DNA of 64,000 nucleotides from Monocercomonoides exilis PA203 (taxonomy: Eukaryota; Protista; Preaxostyla). Position 1 is the first letter of the stretch; each line of letters begins with the position of its first letter. Location of the stretch: the NCBI GenBank assembly GCA_001643675.2, contig LSRY02000044.1:372001-436000 (forward strand), written 5' to 3'. A program made the translations under genes and the position numbers. Shown piece after piece: positions 36,487 to 49,877 of the stretch. The notes beneath the pieces were generated by a model. The model searched no databases, had not been told where the DNA came from, and saw only the letters and a program-made list of their open reading frames with translations.

Positions 36487-39400
36487 ATGAGCATCATAGC
36501 ATTGGGTATTGCGGCGCTAGCAGCGGAATTGTGCTTGCAGGAAGGAGGATGGGGTGCATGGGGAGAGGAGTGGAAGTTGGGCAAAGTGAGGGAAAAGACT
36601 GAAATGATTCCTGCAGGAGCACACAAGGGGGTGAGCACAATTATTGGGGAAGTGCATGCGAACAATATATATGTGGATACGAGGGCAAGGAGAGAAAATG
36701 AAGAAGAAAATGAAAAAACGAATGGATTGAAAGATTTTGATGAAGAAAAGCCCAATGAAGAGAAAGAAACTGACGGAAAAGAAAATGGAAGAAAACGCGA
36801 GATAAATAATAACTCGGCATATGCAACCAGAGGAAGCGGCAGAAATGGCGTTTTTGGGGTAGAAGGGAGCGAAATAGAAGGATGCTGGAGATTGAAGAAT
36901 TCTTCGGCAACATGGAGTGGATTGGGGCTGCAAACGAGCGGGAACAGAAATGTTATTTGGGCTGAAAAGGGGAGCAAGGTGGTGATTTGCGGGTGCTGGG
37001 TTGCTGTGCTCGAAGAGATTTCGCCATTTTATTTTGATGGGAGCTGTGGATTGTTCACCAACATTTCACTCAGATCATCTTCAACCTCGACTGAACAGAT
37101 ATTCCCTCCACTTTTCTCTTCAAAAGCAGTGGATGGAGAGATTCCAGAGAAATGCCACATTTCTGTTTGTTCTTCTCATTTCTCATCTTTTTGTGTGTCT
37201 TCAGCTCCATTCATCTCATCGCACTTTGTTTCTCTTTCCCAATTGGAATTCTTCAACATCTCCACAAATCCACAGAAAACAACACATCAGGGTGAAGGGC
37301 TGGGCCAAACATCATTTCTGATGAGTGGGTGTGAATTTGTATCGGTGTGGGATGTGTATGATGGAGGGATTGTCCCCTCGCTCAACAGCCCCTCATCATC
37401 CTTGGCTGCCTCGAACACCTCGTTTGCCAGGTGCTATCGATCAGGGAATGTTGCAGTCAGCGGGAGCGAGGGGGATCCATCGAAACCAGGGAGACAGCAG
37501 ATAGCAGACGATGGGGCGAATTCGTTCACCTGGTGCGAGTGGAACGGGTCAAATACAACCGGGACAAACCCAGGCAGTTCTTATGGAGATTCAAATGGAG
37601 GGGCAATATACTTGTATAGTCTGTCATCAGGAACACTTTCTGTAAAACATTGCTCGTTCAACGACTGCTATGCGTATCATGGTGGAGGAGCAATAACAGC
37701 ATATGAAATATATTCCATTACGGTCGAGAATACTTCGTTCAACGGTTGCACAGCACAGAACCACGAAGGCGGAGGAATTGACATTTATTCGATTTCTTTG
37801 TGTGTCAGGATCGGCGGCTGTGAATTTCAGGGTTGCAAAGCAAATAACTATGGAGGAGGACTTTATCTTAGTAATTTTAATGTTTCTGGATCTGCCTGTA
37901 TTGGAACGGAAAGTGGAAAAGGGGAGAGCGCTTGTGTGTTTGAGTGCTCATTCACTTTATGCTCGCTTACAGGTTCAAGAGGCGGAGGGTTGAGTTGTAT
38001 TACCGTTCCGGACGCATTCAAAATGAGGAGCCTCCAATTTATTTTGTGCTCAGCAGTATCAGTTGGCGGAGGATTGGATTTTGAACTATCTCAATCAACA
38101 GCTCCGACCAACAACCTTTATTGTTATTTCTTCTTCTTCCACTATTGCAGATGCACAACCACTTCCACTCCATTTGGTCATGATATGTATTTTCAAGATG
38201 CTAAGATTCTTTTTTCATTGAACAGCCCATTCTATGAATCTTACACAACGAATACTGACGTGAAGAGAGTGTGTTATTCTGACGGATATTTGATGTTTCA
38301 GCTTACAGAAAAGAAGGAGTGGCTGAAGGAGGGGTATTTATTATTTGTTGGAGTGAGTGGGAATGACACGAGCAATCTGTGTGGGACGAGTGAGTCAGCA
38401 CCTTGCAAGACCGTGGGGCATGCAGTGGGGTCGAGCATGGCGCAGCTGAGCTCGACAATCACAGTGCTTGGTGGAAGGCATGTAAGTGAAGGGGCGACAA
38501 TCAGTGTTGGGGAAAAGAAGATAACAATAACAGGGAGAGGGAAGACAGTGAGTGTGATTGGGACGAATTCTCTTTCAACCTCTTCAACAACGCTGTTTCG
38601 CATATCTACTGGCCAACTGGAGGTGGGGCATGTGGGGATCGATCACAACTCGATGAGAAGCTCATCGCCGAGTGTGTTTGTGGTGTCACTGGGGAGCGGG
38701 ACTCTTTCGCTGGAGGATGTTTTGATCGACTCTTCGACGCCAGGAGGGAGTGGAATGACGAAGTGTGTGTTTGAAGTGGCGCTGAGGCAGTTGAAGATGA
38801 TTGATGTTGAGATCAAAAATTTGAAAATGAGTCAACCTTTGTTCTCTGAACCATTATCAACAGGATCGGCATCAGGAGAAAGTTTGCTTGGGAATGTGAC
38901 AGTTCGAAATGTGAATCGTACAGAAGGAGATGGTGTGGTGATGGCAAAGAGTGTGAAGGGAGGAGAGACATTTGTGGTGTGGAACACAACAATGGAAGGG
39001 TGTGAGTGCGTGAATGGAGATGGAGGAGGGATAAAGGTTGTATTGGAGGATTCAACAAGCAAGATTCTTATAGGAGATTCAACATCACGCAGCGGAGGAA
39101 CAACAACATTTAATCAGTGCAAGTGCAGTGGATGTGGAGGAGGAATGTTCTTTTCATTGGCGGATGCAGATGCTATGTTTGAGTTATCAGAAACACTTGT
39201 ATTTGATGGGAATGAGGCAGAATTTGGAAAGAACATGTTCATTTTGGGAAAGGGTTTTAATTCTTCTGTGACAAATGAATCATTCAAGTTTGATTATTCA
39301 TCAATGAAGGATGATAAGACTCTGTTTGTGGGGAGTGATGATTTTCATTCAAACAAAGATTTATTCATGTTTCTGATTCCATACAGCTCATTTGAGATAT

Positions 39401-42400
39401 TTATCTCATCAGAAGGATTTGATGTTGCAAGATGTGGAAGTGAAGAAGAACCGTGCAAAACAATGTGGAAAGGGATGGAAAACATGGAAAAGGAGAATGG
39501 AAAGAAAACAATTCAAATTGAAGGATCAACAACAATTCGAGATCCATTCAATATTTCCAATTATCAGATCAAAAAGGGCGTAAAGATGGGAGAGGAAGAT
39601 ACAAAAGCAATATTGAATTTTGAAAAGGCAGTTGGAAGTCAACTGGAATATTTCATGGAAAATGATGATCATCTTGAATTGACGAATATCCAACTTCGAC
39701 TGTCAACTGGATTTGACAACTCAGCCAAAACGATTATTTCAAACAAAGGAGGAGAATTGGTGATTACTGGATGTTCATTCCATTCAGAGGCAAGAGTGAA
39801 CAATGGATTTGATTGTGTGTTTGTGGATGTGATTGGAGGCAGTGTGGATGTGAATGATTTGTCGATTGAATCGTGCAATGTTGGAAACAGTATTTTTGCA
39901 ATCAACAATGCTGGAATTACTTGCCATTTTGTGAATGTTCGAGTGGATTCGTTAAATGAAAGCAGAGGATTTCTTCTTCTGATCAAAGGATCTGAATCAA
40001 CAACAAAGATAAATGAAGCGGGTGAAGAAATGAGTCTTAACATTGATAATTCGTCATTTTCAGGAGTGAAGAGAAGTAGCAATGGAGCGAGCATTTTGGA
40101 GTCGAAGAGTGAGAACAAGATTTGTTTTGTTGTGAATGAGAGCAACATCACAGAAGACAAAGCAGAAACAAGTGAAAAAGGAGGGGCAATATTCTTCACA
40201 TTGGGTGCATCAGGATCAATGAAGATGATTGACTCAACAATCAGCCAATGCAGCTGCAGTTTTAGTTCAGGGAGAGGAGGAGGAGTGTATCTGGTTACAA
40301 AAGAAAGAGGGGATTTGAATTTCACATTTATGGGAATGAAATTCAGTTCAAATACAGCAAGAGTGGGGAATGACATTTTCATTGAATGTTTCAACATCAC
40401 ATCTCAGATCAATGAAAGCCAATTTCAGTTTGATCTTCGAGAGAATCATTATTCACGAATAAATGCAATCTATGGAATTGATAGTTGTGATTATCCAGGT
40501 GACACAGATCTTATTGGATTTATTACGATCCATCAGAGTGACACAATCATTGTGAGCAGTGTGAATGGATCGAATGATAAACAGTGTGGAACAAACACAC
40601 TTCCATGTGATTCAATTGAGCATGGGCTGGTGCATCTGACATCTGATTATGTGAGTCTATTGTATGTTGACACAGAGAGTGTGATTGGAAGAGAAATAAA
40701 TTTGAAGGAAATGAGTCTGAGTTCGAAGAGCAGGGAGATGTGTGAAGTTGAAGTGAAATCAAACATTGAAAGAATGAGAGAGACATTGGTAACAACAACA
40801 GGAACAGTCTCGTTGGTGAGAGTGAATTTTGTGTTTGATTCGAATTTCATTTCTCAACATGAATCATTGATATCACCAGAGGGAGGGATTCTTGAGATAA
40901 TAAATTGTTCATTCACCTCAAAACAATCAACTGGAGAAGGAAATATAGAATTTGCAAACATTCCATTTCACATCATTAATATGGAAAAAGGAGAATTACA
41001 ACTTGATGGATGCGCAATATCAAATCTCATTCTTCATGAATCAGCATTATCTCTATCATCATCACTTTCATCAGTGATTTATTTGTTTGAGATATTCAAT
41101 TCAACAATTAAAACTTCTCTGATAGATATTAATGAATGTGGACAATTAAACATGGAAAAGTTTTACACAGAAAATATCACAGTTGAGGGAAATGAAGAAT
41201 TATTGATATGTTGCCTGTCAATGAAAAAAGACAATTCAGTTGACAAATTGCACAATTGGTGGAGTCAGTTCAAACACCGCAAAAGGAAAATTGATGAAAT
41301 TGGAGGATTGTTTGGATGTGAAAATGGACAGTTGCATTTTTGATGGGAATTCAAAGGAAAGAGACGAACATGATTTGAATGTGGAAGAAGAGATGTGCAG
41401 ATGGGATGGATCACTTATGGATGTTGTGAAGAGTTCTGTTTTGACGAAAGATACAACAATCTCGAATTCACCAAAAGGTGGAATAACAATGAGTGGAGGG
41501 ACAATAACTGTTAATGATGGAAGATTTGAGAACAACAATCCCTCAATTGAAGGATATCCATCACTGAGAAGAAATATCATCTGTTCTAATTCTGGAACAT
41601 TGAATGCGATGAGTTTGAAAGGAGGAGATGGATGGGAAAGAAATACATCACTTTGGATGTTGAATGAAGGGTGCAATTTTGAAGGGATTGCTTCAGAGAG
41701 AGATTCATCATTCTTCATTCCTGTTCTGGAGAGTGTGGAAGCAAAAGAGGAGACAGATAGAATGGAGCTGACATTCAAAGGAATGCTTCTTGCTCCATGC
41801 AATCTGTCATTCTCAGTTGTGAAGAGAAAAGGAGAAGAGAAAGAGATTGATCATTATAATTTTGATTCAAATGGGTTTTTGTCAGAAAGAGAAGTTGAAG
41901 GGAGTGTGGGAAAAGATCTCATCAGCAGTTGTGGAAATGATGTTGAGGTGAGTGTGCATATTTTGTTTGGAAATGCAGAATCTCCTTCATCAACAAATTC
42001 ATTCATTCTGAAGAATGCAAGTGAAAGTCAGGCGAATGGAAATGAAAGAATTGTTGAAGGAGGAAAAGAAGGGAAATCTTATTGGTTGTTGATTGTGATT
42101 GTGTTGGTCGTGATATTATTGGTTGTACTGATTGCATCCATTGTTCTGGCCATTCGATGGAGAAAAGCGAAAAATGAGAACAAAGATCTGAGAGAGATTG
42201 TGAATGACAACATCAAGAAGGATCCGAAGGCGTTTGAGATGGTGACGATGGAGATGTCACCAGAGGCGCAGTGGAGGAGAGAAGAGAAGAAGAACGAAGA
42301 GAACGCAAAGAAGAGAGTGTTTGTGAAGACGATGGCACACTCGGAATCATCAGAGTATTTGTTGTCTGAAAGTGGATCGACAGAATATATTCTTGGAAAG

Positions 42401-43417
42401 GATTCAGACAAGATTCCTGAATGGGCATTGGAGAAAGAAGAAGAAGAAGAGATGAGGAAGAGAATACCATCTCCATCCATCTCATCCACAGACACAGAAA
42501 CCACGTTTGTTCGAGGGGAAGATCTGTGTCCGACCACCTCATCGATGTCGAATCTGGTGGATGCAATGGCCTGTTCATCTCCTCATGAGAAGCTGATTGT
42601 GGACTTGAGGGATTCATTGTTCATGCTGCTGCATGGAAGGAATGAGAAGAAAGAGATGGCGATTGGCACTCTTCAGCAAAGAGAGCAAACAGCTGCCCAG
42701 ATCCTGTTCTGGGTGGCTAATCTTGCACTTCATTCATTTGACGAAATGGAAGTATCGCTTTCCTCTCTTTCCAATCTGAGTCCGCACATTGTTCTATTCT
42801 CAGAACACATGGTGATCTGTATTGTGATGCATTCGGACTGCTCGTCAGATGATGACTCAGACTCATCCTCCATATCTTCCTCAACTGTTGTGACATCTGA
42901 AAGTGATGATGATGATGAAGATGATGATGATAGTGACTCTCTGCCCTCATCAGCGTTTGAGGATGAGCCAGACAACTGGAAGGAGTGTATGAGGTGGAAG
43001 GCACCAGAGCTGCAGATGAACAGGAAGATGGGAGCAACAAAGAGCTCAGTGGCATTCTCGATTGGGATGATGCTGTGGGAGATTCTGACGCTGGAGATTC
43101 CGTTTGGGGAGTATGAGGCAGCGATTGCAGGAGACAAGATTGTTCGTGGGGAGAGGCCGAGGATGGGGGAAGAGCAGTCGAGCCTTGAAGAGGTGGTGAA
43201 GGAGTGCCTGTCGGGTGAGGCAGGGCTGCGGCCGACATTGGGAGATTTGAAGCGGGAGTTTCTTGGGCGCTTTCCGAAAGAAGCGGTTGTCATGACAGTT
43301 TCGGATGCAGTTGCGATTCAGTCGTTGATGTATTGCGAAGCGAATGGGCAGGATAATGAGAATAATGAGGATGATAAAGATGAGGGAAGCACCAGCAGCA
43401 GTTGCAGTTTGAAATAG
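36487..43417 (+). CDS. Beta-helix/TM/pseudokinase receptor-like protein (right copy; extra A near 41225 splits it into 1618- and 725-aa ORFs)
   Basis: Mirror of 202..7131. Homopolymer atgaaaaaag has 6 A versus 5 A in the left copy. Confidence 0.85.
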
Positions 43418-45039
43418 TTTGGAATGGGAATGAAGGCGAGCAGAAAGAGGAAATGAAGGAAATATGGATGAATAAATATGGATGAGGTTGCTTTGAATAA
43501 GTGTTTTGTTGGTGGAATGGAAATATCAGAGCAGCTGCATTACCAGTGGTTGCCCTGAAAAAAAGGGTGATATATATGTATTCTTTGTTTTTTTGGATTT
43601 TATTTTTTTATCTGTTTTTGGAAAATATGTATTTGCGTTATTCTTTTTTTAAACAGTTTGCTCAAAAACGAAAAGTGTGCATTTGAGCAAAAAGTGCTTG
43701 TGGAGATGGTGGGATTGTTGCTGTGATTGTTAGATGCGTATTATAATTTCATTTTTACATTTTTTCCATTTTTATTTTGCTTCTGTATGTTTATATATTT
43801 ATTACAAAATCACTCTTCCATCTTCTGTAATGTTGGATTGTGTTCAGAGCAAATTGGCTGTTTTTCGTGTTTGATGAAACTTTCTTAAATTTTTTTTTTT
43901 CTATCTTTTGGAATGGCTGATGGATTGATATGCATGTTATGCAACTTTTATTTCTATGTTTGTGCAGATGCCTTCAAAGAGATAATTTTCTCTTCAAACA
44001 ATGCTTGTTGTTTATCAAGCGTCTTTATTCACTTTGCAAAAAAAGTTGAGATTTCAAAGGCAAACGAGAAAAGGGATATTTTTGCATTATCTTATAACAA
44101 CTTTTGTCAAATAATCAAAGATTTATGCCAAACTTTTTCAGCTATCTTATCACAACAAGTTTTTCTTTTAAATTCAAAAACAATACACCAATTTTTATTC
44201 CAAATCGATAAACTTTCATTCAAAGTCGAAATATTAATTAAAAAAACAATTATTCAAAAAAGTGAATAACACTGGAAATAAATGTATACTCTAATTTTTG
44301 TCAACATTTTTCCAAATGATTGAACAGTTGTTTTCTGCAAATTTTAAAGATTTCAAACCTAAACAAATAAAAAAAAACTTTTATCACAATATAAAAAATG
44401 GTTAAATTTGTTAAGAAATGGAGTTCTGATTATTTGAAAATTCGTAAGAAGAGAGTGAATGCTGTATTTTAAGCTGTTCATCGGGTTTGAAAAAAACAAG
44501 ACTTTTCATTTTCGAATTTTTCGAGAAGCTAAGTTTTTTCAATTGCGATGAAAAGAAAAAAGCCAGAATAAGTCTCAAACACGATTTTTGCAACTGTTTA
44601 AAGAAAGTTCATTAAATATCGGATATGAGATGAAAAATGATTATAATTACTTATTTCATTGATGTTTAACATCAAAAATATTATTTGACTTTTATAGATT
44701 ATTGCCAACTTTTCCAAAATTTGAAGTTTTTCGAATTTTCGACTTTGCTTAAAACTTTTTTGTTTCAGGTTGAAACTTTTTCGATTTGTGTTTAAAAATT
44801 TTTGACTTGGAATAATTTTCGGTTTATTAAAGAATTAATAAAAATTAAAATCAAAAATCAAAAATCATAAAAAAATGAATGATCGATAATAATTGAAAGA
44901 AATACCTCTCAATTCAGAATCAAAAACGCACTGCCTCAGATAAATGATACAGATAAATTCCAATTTCATCATTCTTAAATCCTTTTCATTTACGATGATT
45001 GGGAGGTACCATTATATAAATCAAATTCAACCAAAATCA

Positions 45040-47359
45040 ATGAGTTCTTTGATACCAATCGTAAAAGAGACTGGTAACATCAATAGTGAAAGAACAGAAG
45101 ATGTTTTAAGTAAAATAAAAGGAAAAAGAGAAGGAGTCTTAAGCCAAGGAGTAAAAGTGATTTGGTGTAATGAGGGCAAAACTTCAGGTTAAAACGATTC
45201 CTTTTTTCATCAATCAATGAGTTTAATTTCTTTATACAGATATTTTGTTATTTCTAAGGAATGGAAAGATTTGCGGAACGAAAGGCTCTGTTTGCTTTTA
45301 AATTCTTTCCTGCATTTTTCGTTTTTCGAAAATGATGAATATTTGGACTTTTAGACTGCATCTCCACTATTTTCATACGGAATCGAATCATTTTCGCATG
45401 TTAATAAGGGACATACAACATATAACTTCAAAAAACATCAGGATCAACCCTTGAGTCAATCATTCAGCTTAATAAGGGGTGAATCAACATTTGATTTTGT
45501 TGCAGAAAATGAAGCCAGCTGCGATGCAATTATTGAAGAAGTGAAGTCTTTCATGGGTGAAATTGGATTCCAATTTGACCAAAGTTAGCTGTGGAAATAT
45601 TTCATATTAAGATATATATTTAATAAATTTATCTCTTTTAAAATTTCGATGTTTTGTTGCTGCTAATTTTCGCGAATCATTTCTGTACGATTTCATTAGA
45701 TGATCCGTTCCAACAGCGACTTCATGCATTGTGGGTTGAGGCAGATGCTGACGGAAGCGGAGAGCTTGATTACGAAGAAGTGACAAAATTAACTTCAAAA
45801 GCGCTAAACATTAAGCTTTCAAGCACGCAGATGAAAACTTTTTTCAAGAATGCTGACGTTGATGGCTCAGGCCAGCTTGACAGATCAGAGTTCATGAAAA
45901 TGGTGTATGAGATCAGAACAAGTGCAGTGGTGATGACTTTGTTTGCATTTTTGAAGAAAAAAGGCCAAACTGCACTAGAAGCGGACGACATGATGAACTT
46001 CCTTCGCGATGTGCAGGGAGAAGGAGAGGAAGATGAAGAGTGCGAGAGCGATCTATCACACTCTCCAGATAGTTTCAGAAGCGGCAGTGCCAGCGCTGCT
46101 GCTGCCAATGCAAATTCGATGGTACCTGTCTACCCATCTCCGCTGACTGCTGAGCGAGTGAAGAAGATAATGGAGGACGTGTCTGTATCATTTGGGCTGC
46201 CAGCAGCAGCAGCTTCCACTCTTTCGCGTGATGAACTGGCGAGCAAAGTTACTATGAATGCCTTCACCAACTATCTCTATTCGTATCCCCTCAACTCTGC
46301 GATCCACCCAGCAGCAGCACTTTATCCCTCATCTTCTGCATTCACCACACAGCAATCTGCTGCTTCTGAAGATAAAGTGGCAGAATCATCTGCTTCTTTA
46401 TCAACATCATCAGCATCATCAACTTCATCATCATCTTCTTCTTCAACAGCTTCACTTGATAGCAACAGCAACGATGCTTCTTTGACTTCACCTGTGATTG
46501 AGTCACTGAATCTTCCTTTGTCGTACTATTTCATCAACTCCTCGCACAACACGTATTTGACAGGAAACCAGCTGACCGGTAAGTCGGCTGCTGAGATGTA
46601 TGCGAACGTGCTGCGAAGAGGGCTAAGGTGTGTGGAGCTGGACATTTGGGACGGAGATGACGAGGAAGATGTGGAGGTGGAGGTGGAAGAAGAAGTTGCA
46701 GAAGGAAGAGAAGGAGAAGGGTCAGGTTGCAGCAGCAATAACAGAAATGACAAAGTGAAGAGAACAGTGAAGAAGACGATCAAGTCACCAATGCCCGTGA
46801 TCTACCATGGCCACACACTGACAAGCAAGATCCATCTGAAGGATGTGCTGAAGGCGCTGAAGGAGAATGCGTTTGTGCACTCGAAGATGCCTGTTGTGCT
46901 GTCATTGGAGCTGAATGTGAAGAAGCAGAGGAAGCAAGTGGCAGACACATTTGTGAGGGTGCTGGGCGATCTGATATACAAAAGCGAGGAGTATGCGCAG
47001 TATTTAAAGGAGAAGGAGAAAGAGAAGGGAAATGAAGGGAATAGCAATTCATCATCATCATCTTCTTCTTCTTCTTCTTCAGCCCCTTCATTGGAGAAGA
47101 TTCTGATAGCAGACATTGAATGGGATATGCTCCCGTCTCCGAAGCATCTTCAGAACAAGATTCTTCTGAGGACAAACACATCAGCAAAGAATGTGAGAGG
47201 AAAAAGGCTGAAGAAGGAGATGGCGACGGCGCTAGCAGAGAAGGAGAAAGAAGAGAGAGCAGAAGAAGAAGCATTGAGAATGAAGAAGAAGCAGCAGATG
47301 AAGAAGAAAGAGGAAGGGAAAGGAGCATCCAGTTCATCGGCGAGTGTGGAAGAAGAGGA

Positions 47360-47398
<39 letters not shown>

Positions 47399-49581
47399 AG
47401 GCAATGAAGAAAAAGAAAAAGAGAAAGAGAAAGAAAAGGAGAAAGAGAAAGAGTCCGACAAAAAAGAGAAGAAGCCGAAGAAGAATGACATGGATCCGAT
47501 TTCCTTCTTCTGCAAGGCGTCTTTCCAGAAAGACTTTACAAACTCTGATTCTGTCCCAGCACATGCGATGTGCTCATTCACAGAGACGAAGATAGAGAAG
47601 ATCATCAAAGGGAAGAAGGTCAAGGTGCTGGGGGTGGATGGGGCAGAGGAAGGAGGAAAGAAAGAGAAGAAGGAGAAGGAGAAAGAGAAGGAAAAATCAA
47701 GTCCTTCTAAGTTTAGCAAGTTCATAACGTTTTTGTCATCGTCACCGAAGCAGAGCAAAGAAAAACCTGATTCATCATCATCTTCTTCTTCAACAACTAC
47801 AACTTCTGCTTCTGATGTATCGAGCACATTCACAGCCACCCTTCCCAGCTCCTTCTCTTTCCTCGCCCTCTCCAGCTCCTCCCACTCTCCCATCCCCTCT
47901 TCCCGCCTTCCTTCCTCCGTCACCTCCTCCTTCTTCTCCTCTCCTTCACCATCTCTCTCTCCCCTCTCCATCTTCTCCCACCCTTTCATCCCTGTCCCCA
48001 CCACACGCCCTTCTCCTTTGCGTCTGGGTGCTCTTCAGCACACTCTTCGCCACTTGTTGCGTGTCTATCCCAGCGGCCACCGTGTCTTCTCAGGCAACTA
48101 CAACCCCATCGGCGGGTGGAGATGTGGCTGCCAATTGGTTGCATTGAACTGCCAGACATTTGATGAGAACACACTGACAGGGATTGCGCTGTTTGCGGTG
48201 AACAAGAACTGTGGATTGGTGCTGAGACCCCCCTCGCAGCTGAGGGATGTGGTTCTGAGGAGGAGGAGCGAGAGGGAGAAGGAGGAGATGAAGGAGGAGA
48301 TGGAAAGAAGGAGGAAGAGGACGGAGGAAAGAGCACACATTGCTGCTGGGTTTGCAGGAGTGAAGTCAGCGACTGTGAACAGAGTGGAAGAAGTGAGAGA
48401 GAAAGAGAAGGAGAAATCTAAAGAATCTTCGAATGATGAACAGAAGATGACGTATTTATCGTGTTGCACCCCTCTCAACTGGAGCGAGGTGACTGAGAAC
48501 TACACAACAGACACTGTTCCTTTGGGAAGAGCACCGCAGCAGGCAGTATATGCAGAGTCGATGTTGGACCCACCTTCTGAGCTGCCAAAGGTGCCTGATG
48601 CACTTTATGCGAGTAAAGTACTGAAGAGAGTGCTGAGATACGTGAGATATTCATCTGTGATGTCGCCAGCCTCACTGCAGATGATGTTTACGGCAGCAAA
48701 GGGAACAGATGACGAGAGGCTAGCAGATGCAAGCAATGCAACTTCATCATCATCATCTTCTTCTTCTTCCACCTCTTCTTCAATAATTGCCAGCCCCTTC
48801 TGCCGTCTCCTCCGTTCTCTGAGCATTCCCTTGCGTCTGAGTGTGACTGTTGTGAATGGAAGCTACCTGCCCAAGCCGAAGAACGATGCGAATGCGATGG
48901 TGGTTGATCCGTATGTTGAACTGGAGATGTTAGATTTTTCACCTGGCTGCACAAAAGGAGATGAATTCATACCTTATCCTGAAGGTGCTTCGCACTCTTC
49001 CTCTTACTCTCTCTTTGGCTCAAATTCTTCTTCTTCCTTCTCCTCAAGAAGCAGTAATGCGAAGTCTTTGGGGAGATCGCTTCTATCTGGTGGCAGCTGT
49101 TCATTTGAGCAGATCCAGCAGAGCAAATGGAGTGATTGCATATGCCCCTTCACGAAGGTGAAGACGCAGACTGTCAAAAACAATGGGCTGAATCCTCTTT
49201 GGGACGAAACATTCGCCTTCTCTCTGTCGCTCCCGTCGCAGTTTGAAGCACTGAAGCAGGCAAGGCAGACGCTGCATCCACAGAAAGTTGGGTCAGCAGC
49301 TGCATCATCAACATCTTCTTCTTCTGTTCCTTCTGTTTCCTATCCTCCTCCTTCTACCAGTCCTTCATTGTCTGCTTGTTCCGAGCCCCCTCCTGCTGCT
49401 CTGCTTCTGTCGCATTTGGATCATATTGCCTCGCTTGCTCTGCGCATCCATGTTTATGACTCACAAATCGGCTCAGACAAATTGATTGGCGCAAATACCA
49501 TTCCACTGCACTGCCTGAGAGATGGGTTTAGGTGTGATACGAGAGAAAGAAAGAATGAGTGAATGAATGAATGAAAGAATG

Positions 49582-49635
<54 letters not shown>

Positions 49636-49877
49636 ATATGATATTGTTATGATATATTTAAACATTTAGGTGAATGATCATTTTGTTTGTTTATTTGTTT
49701 ATTTATTAATTTATTGTTCTATTTTATATTATTCAATTTTTTATTAATTATTAACCAAATAATTAATATTTCTTTTTCTTTTTTAAAAATCATTTTTTCA
49801 GGTTTGTACCATTGTTAGGCACGAATGGAACACTTATTTTGCCAGCTGGTCTTCTCTGCCGCTTTGCATTTGAGTAA
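45040..49877 (+). CDS. PLC: Phosphoinositide phospholipase C, delta-like (PH-EF-X-Y-C2); exons ~45040-45187, 45240-45289, 45355-45583, 45700-49531, 49802-49877
   Basis: EF hands (DADGSGELD, DVDGSGQLD), X box YFINSSHNTYLTGNQL, RCVELDIWDG and YHGHTLTS, Y box RVYPSG..NYNP..GCQLVALNCQT, C2 DPYVE..NNGLNPLWDETF, and terminal GFR|FVPL. Confidence 0.93.
49585..49631. repeat. (GA)n microsatellite in the last PLC intron
   Basis: Direct reading. Confidence 0.95.

Larger units (their letters stand above)
21797..43618. repeat. Right arm of giant inverted duplication
   Basis: tgagtgggaacataaatatg at 21797 is the reverse complement of catatttatgttcccactca ending at 21730. Near-identity continues to 43618. 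Confidence 0.98.
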
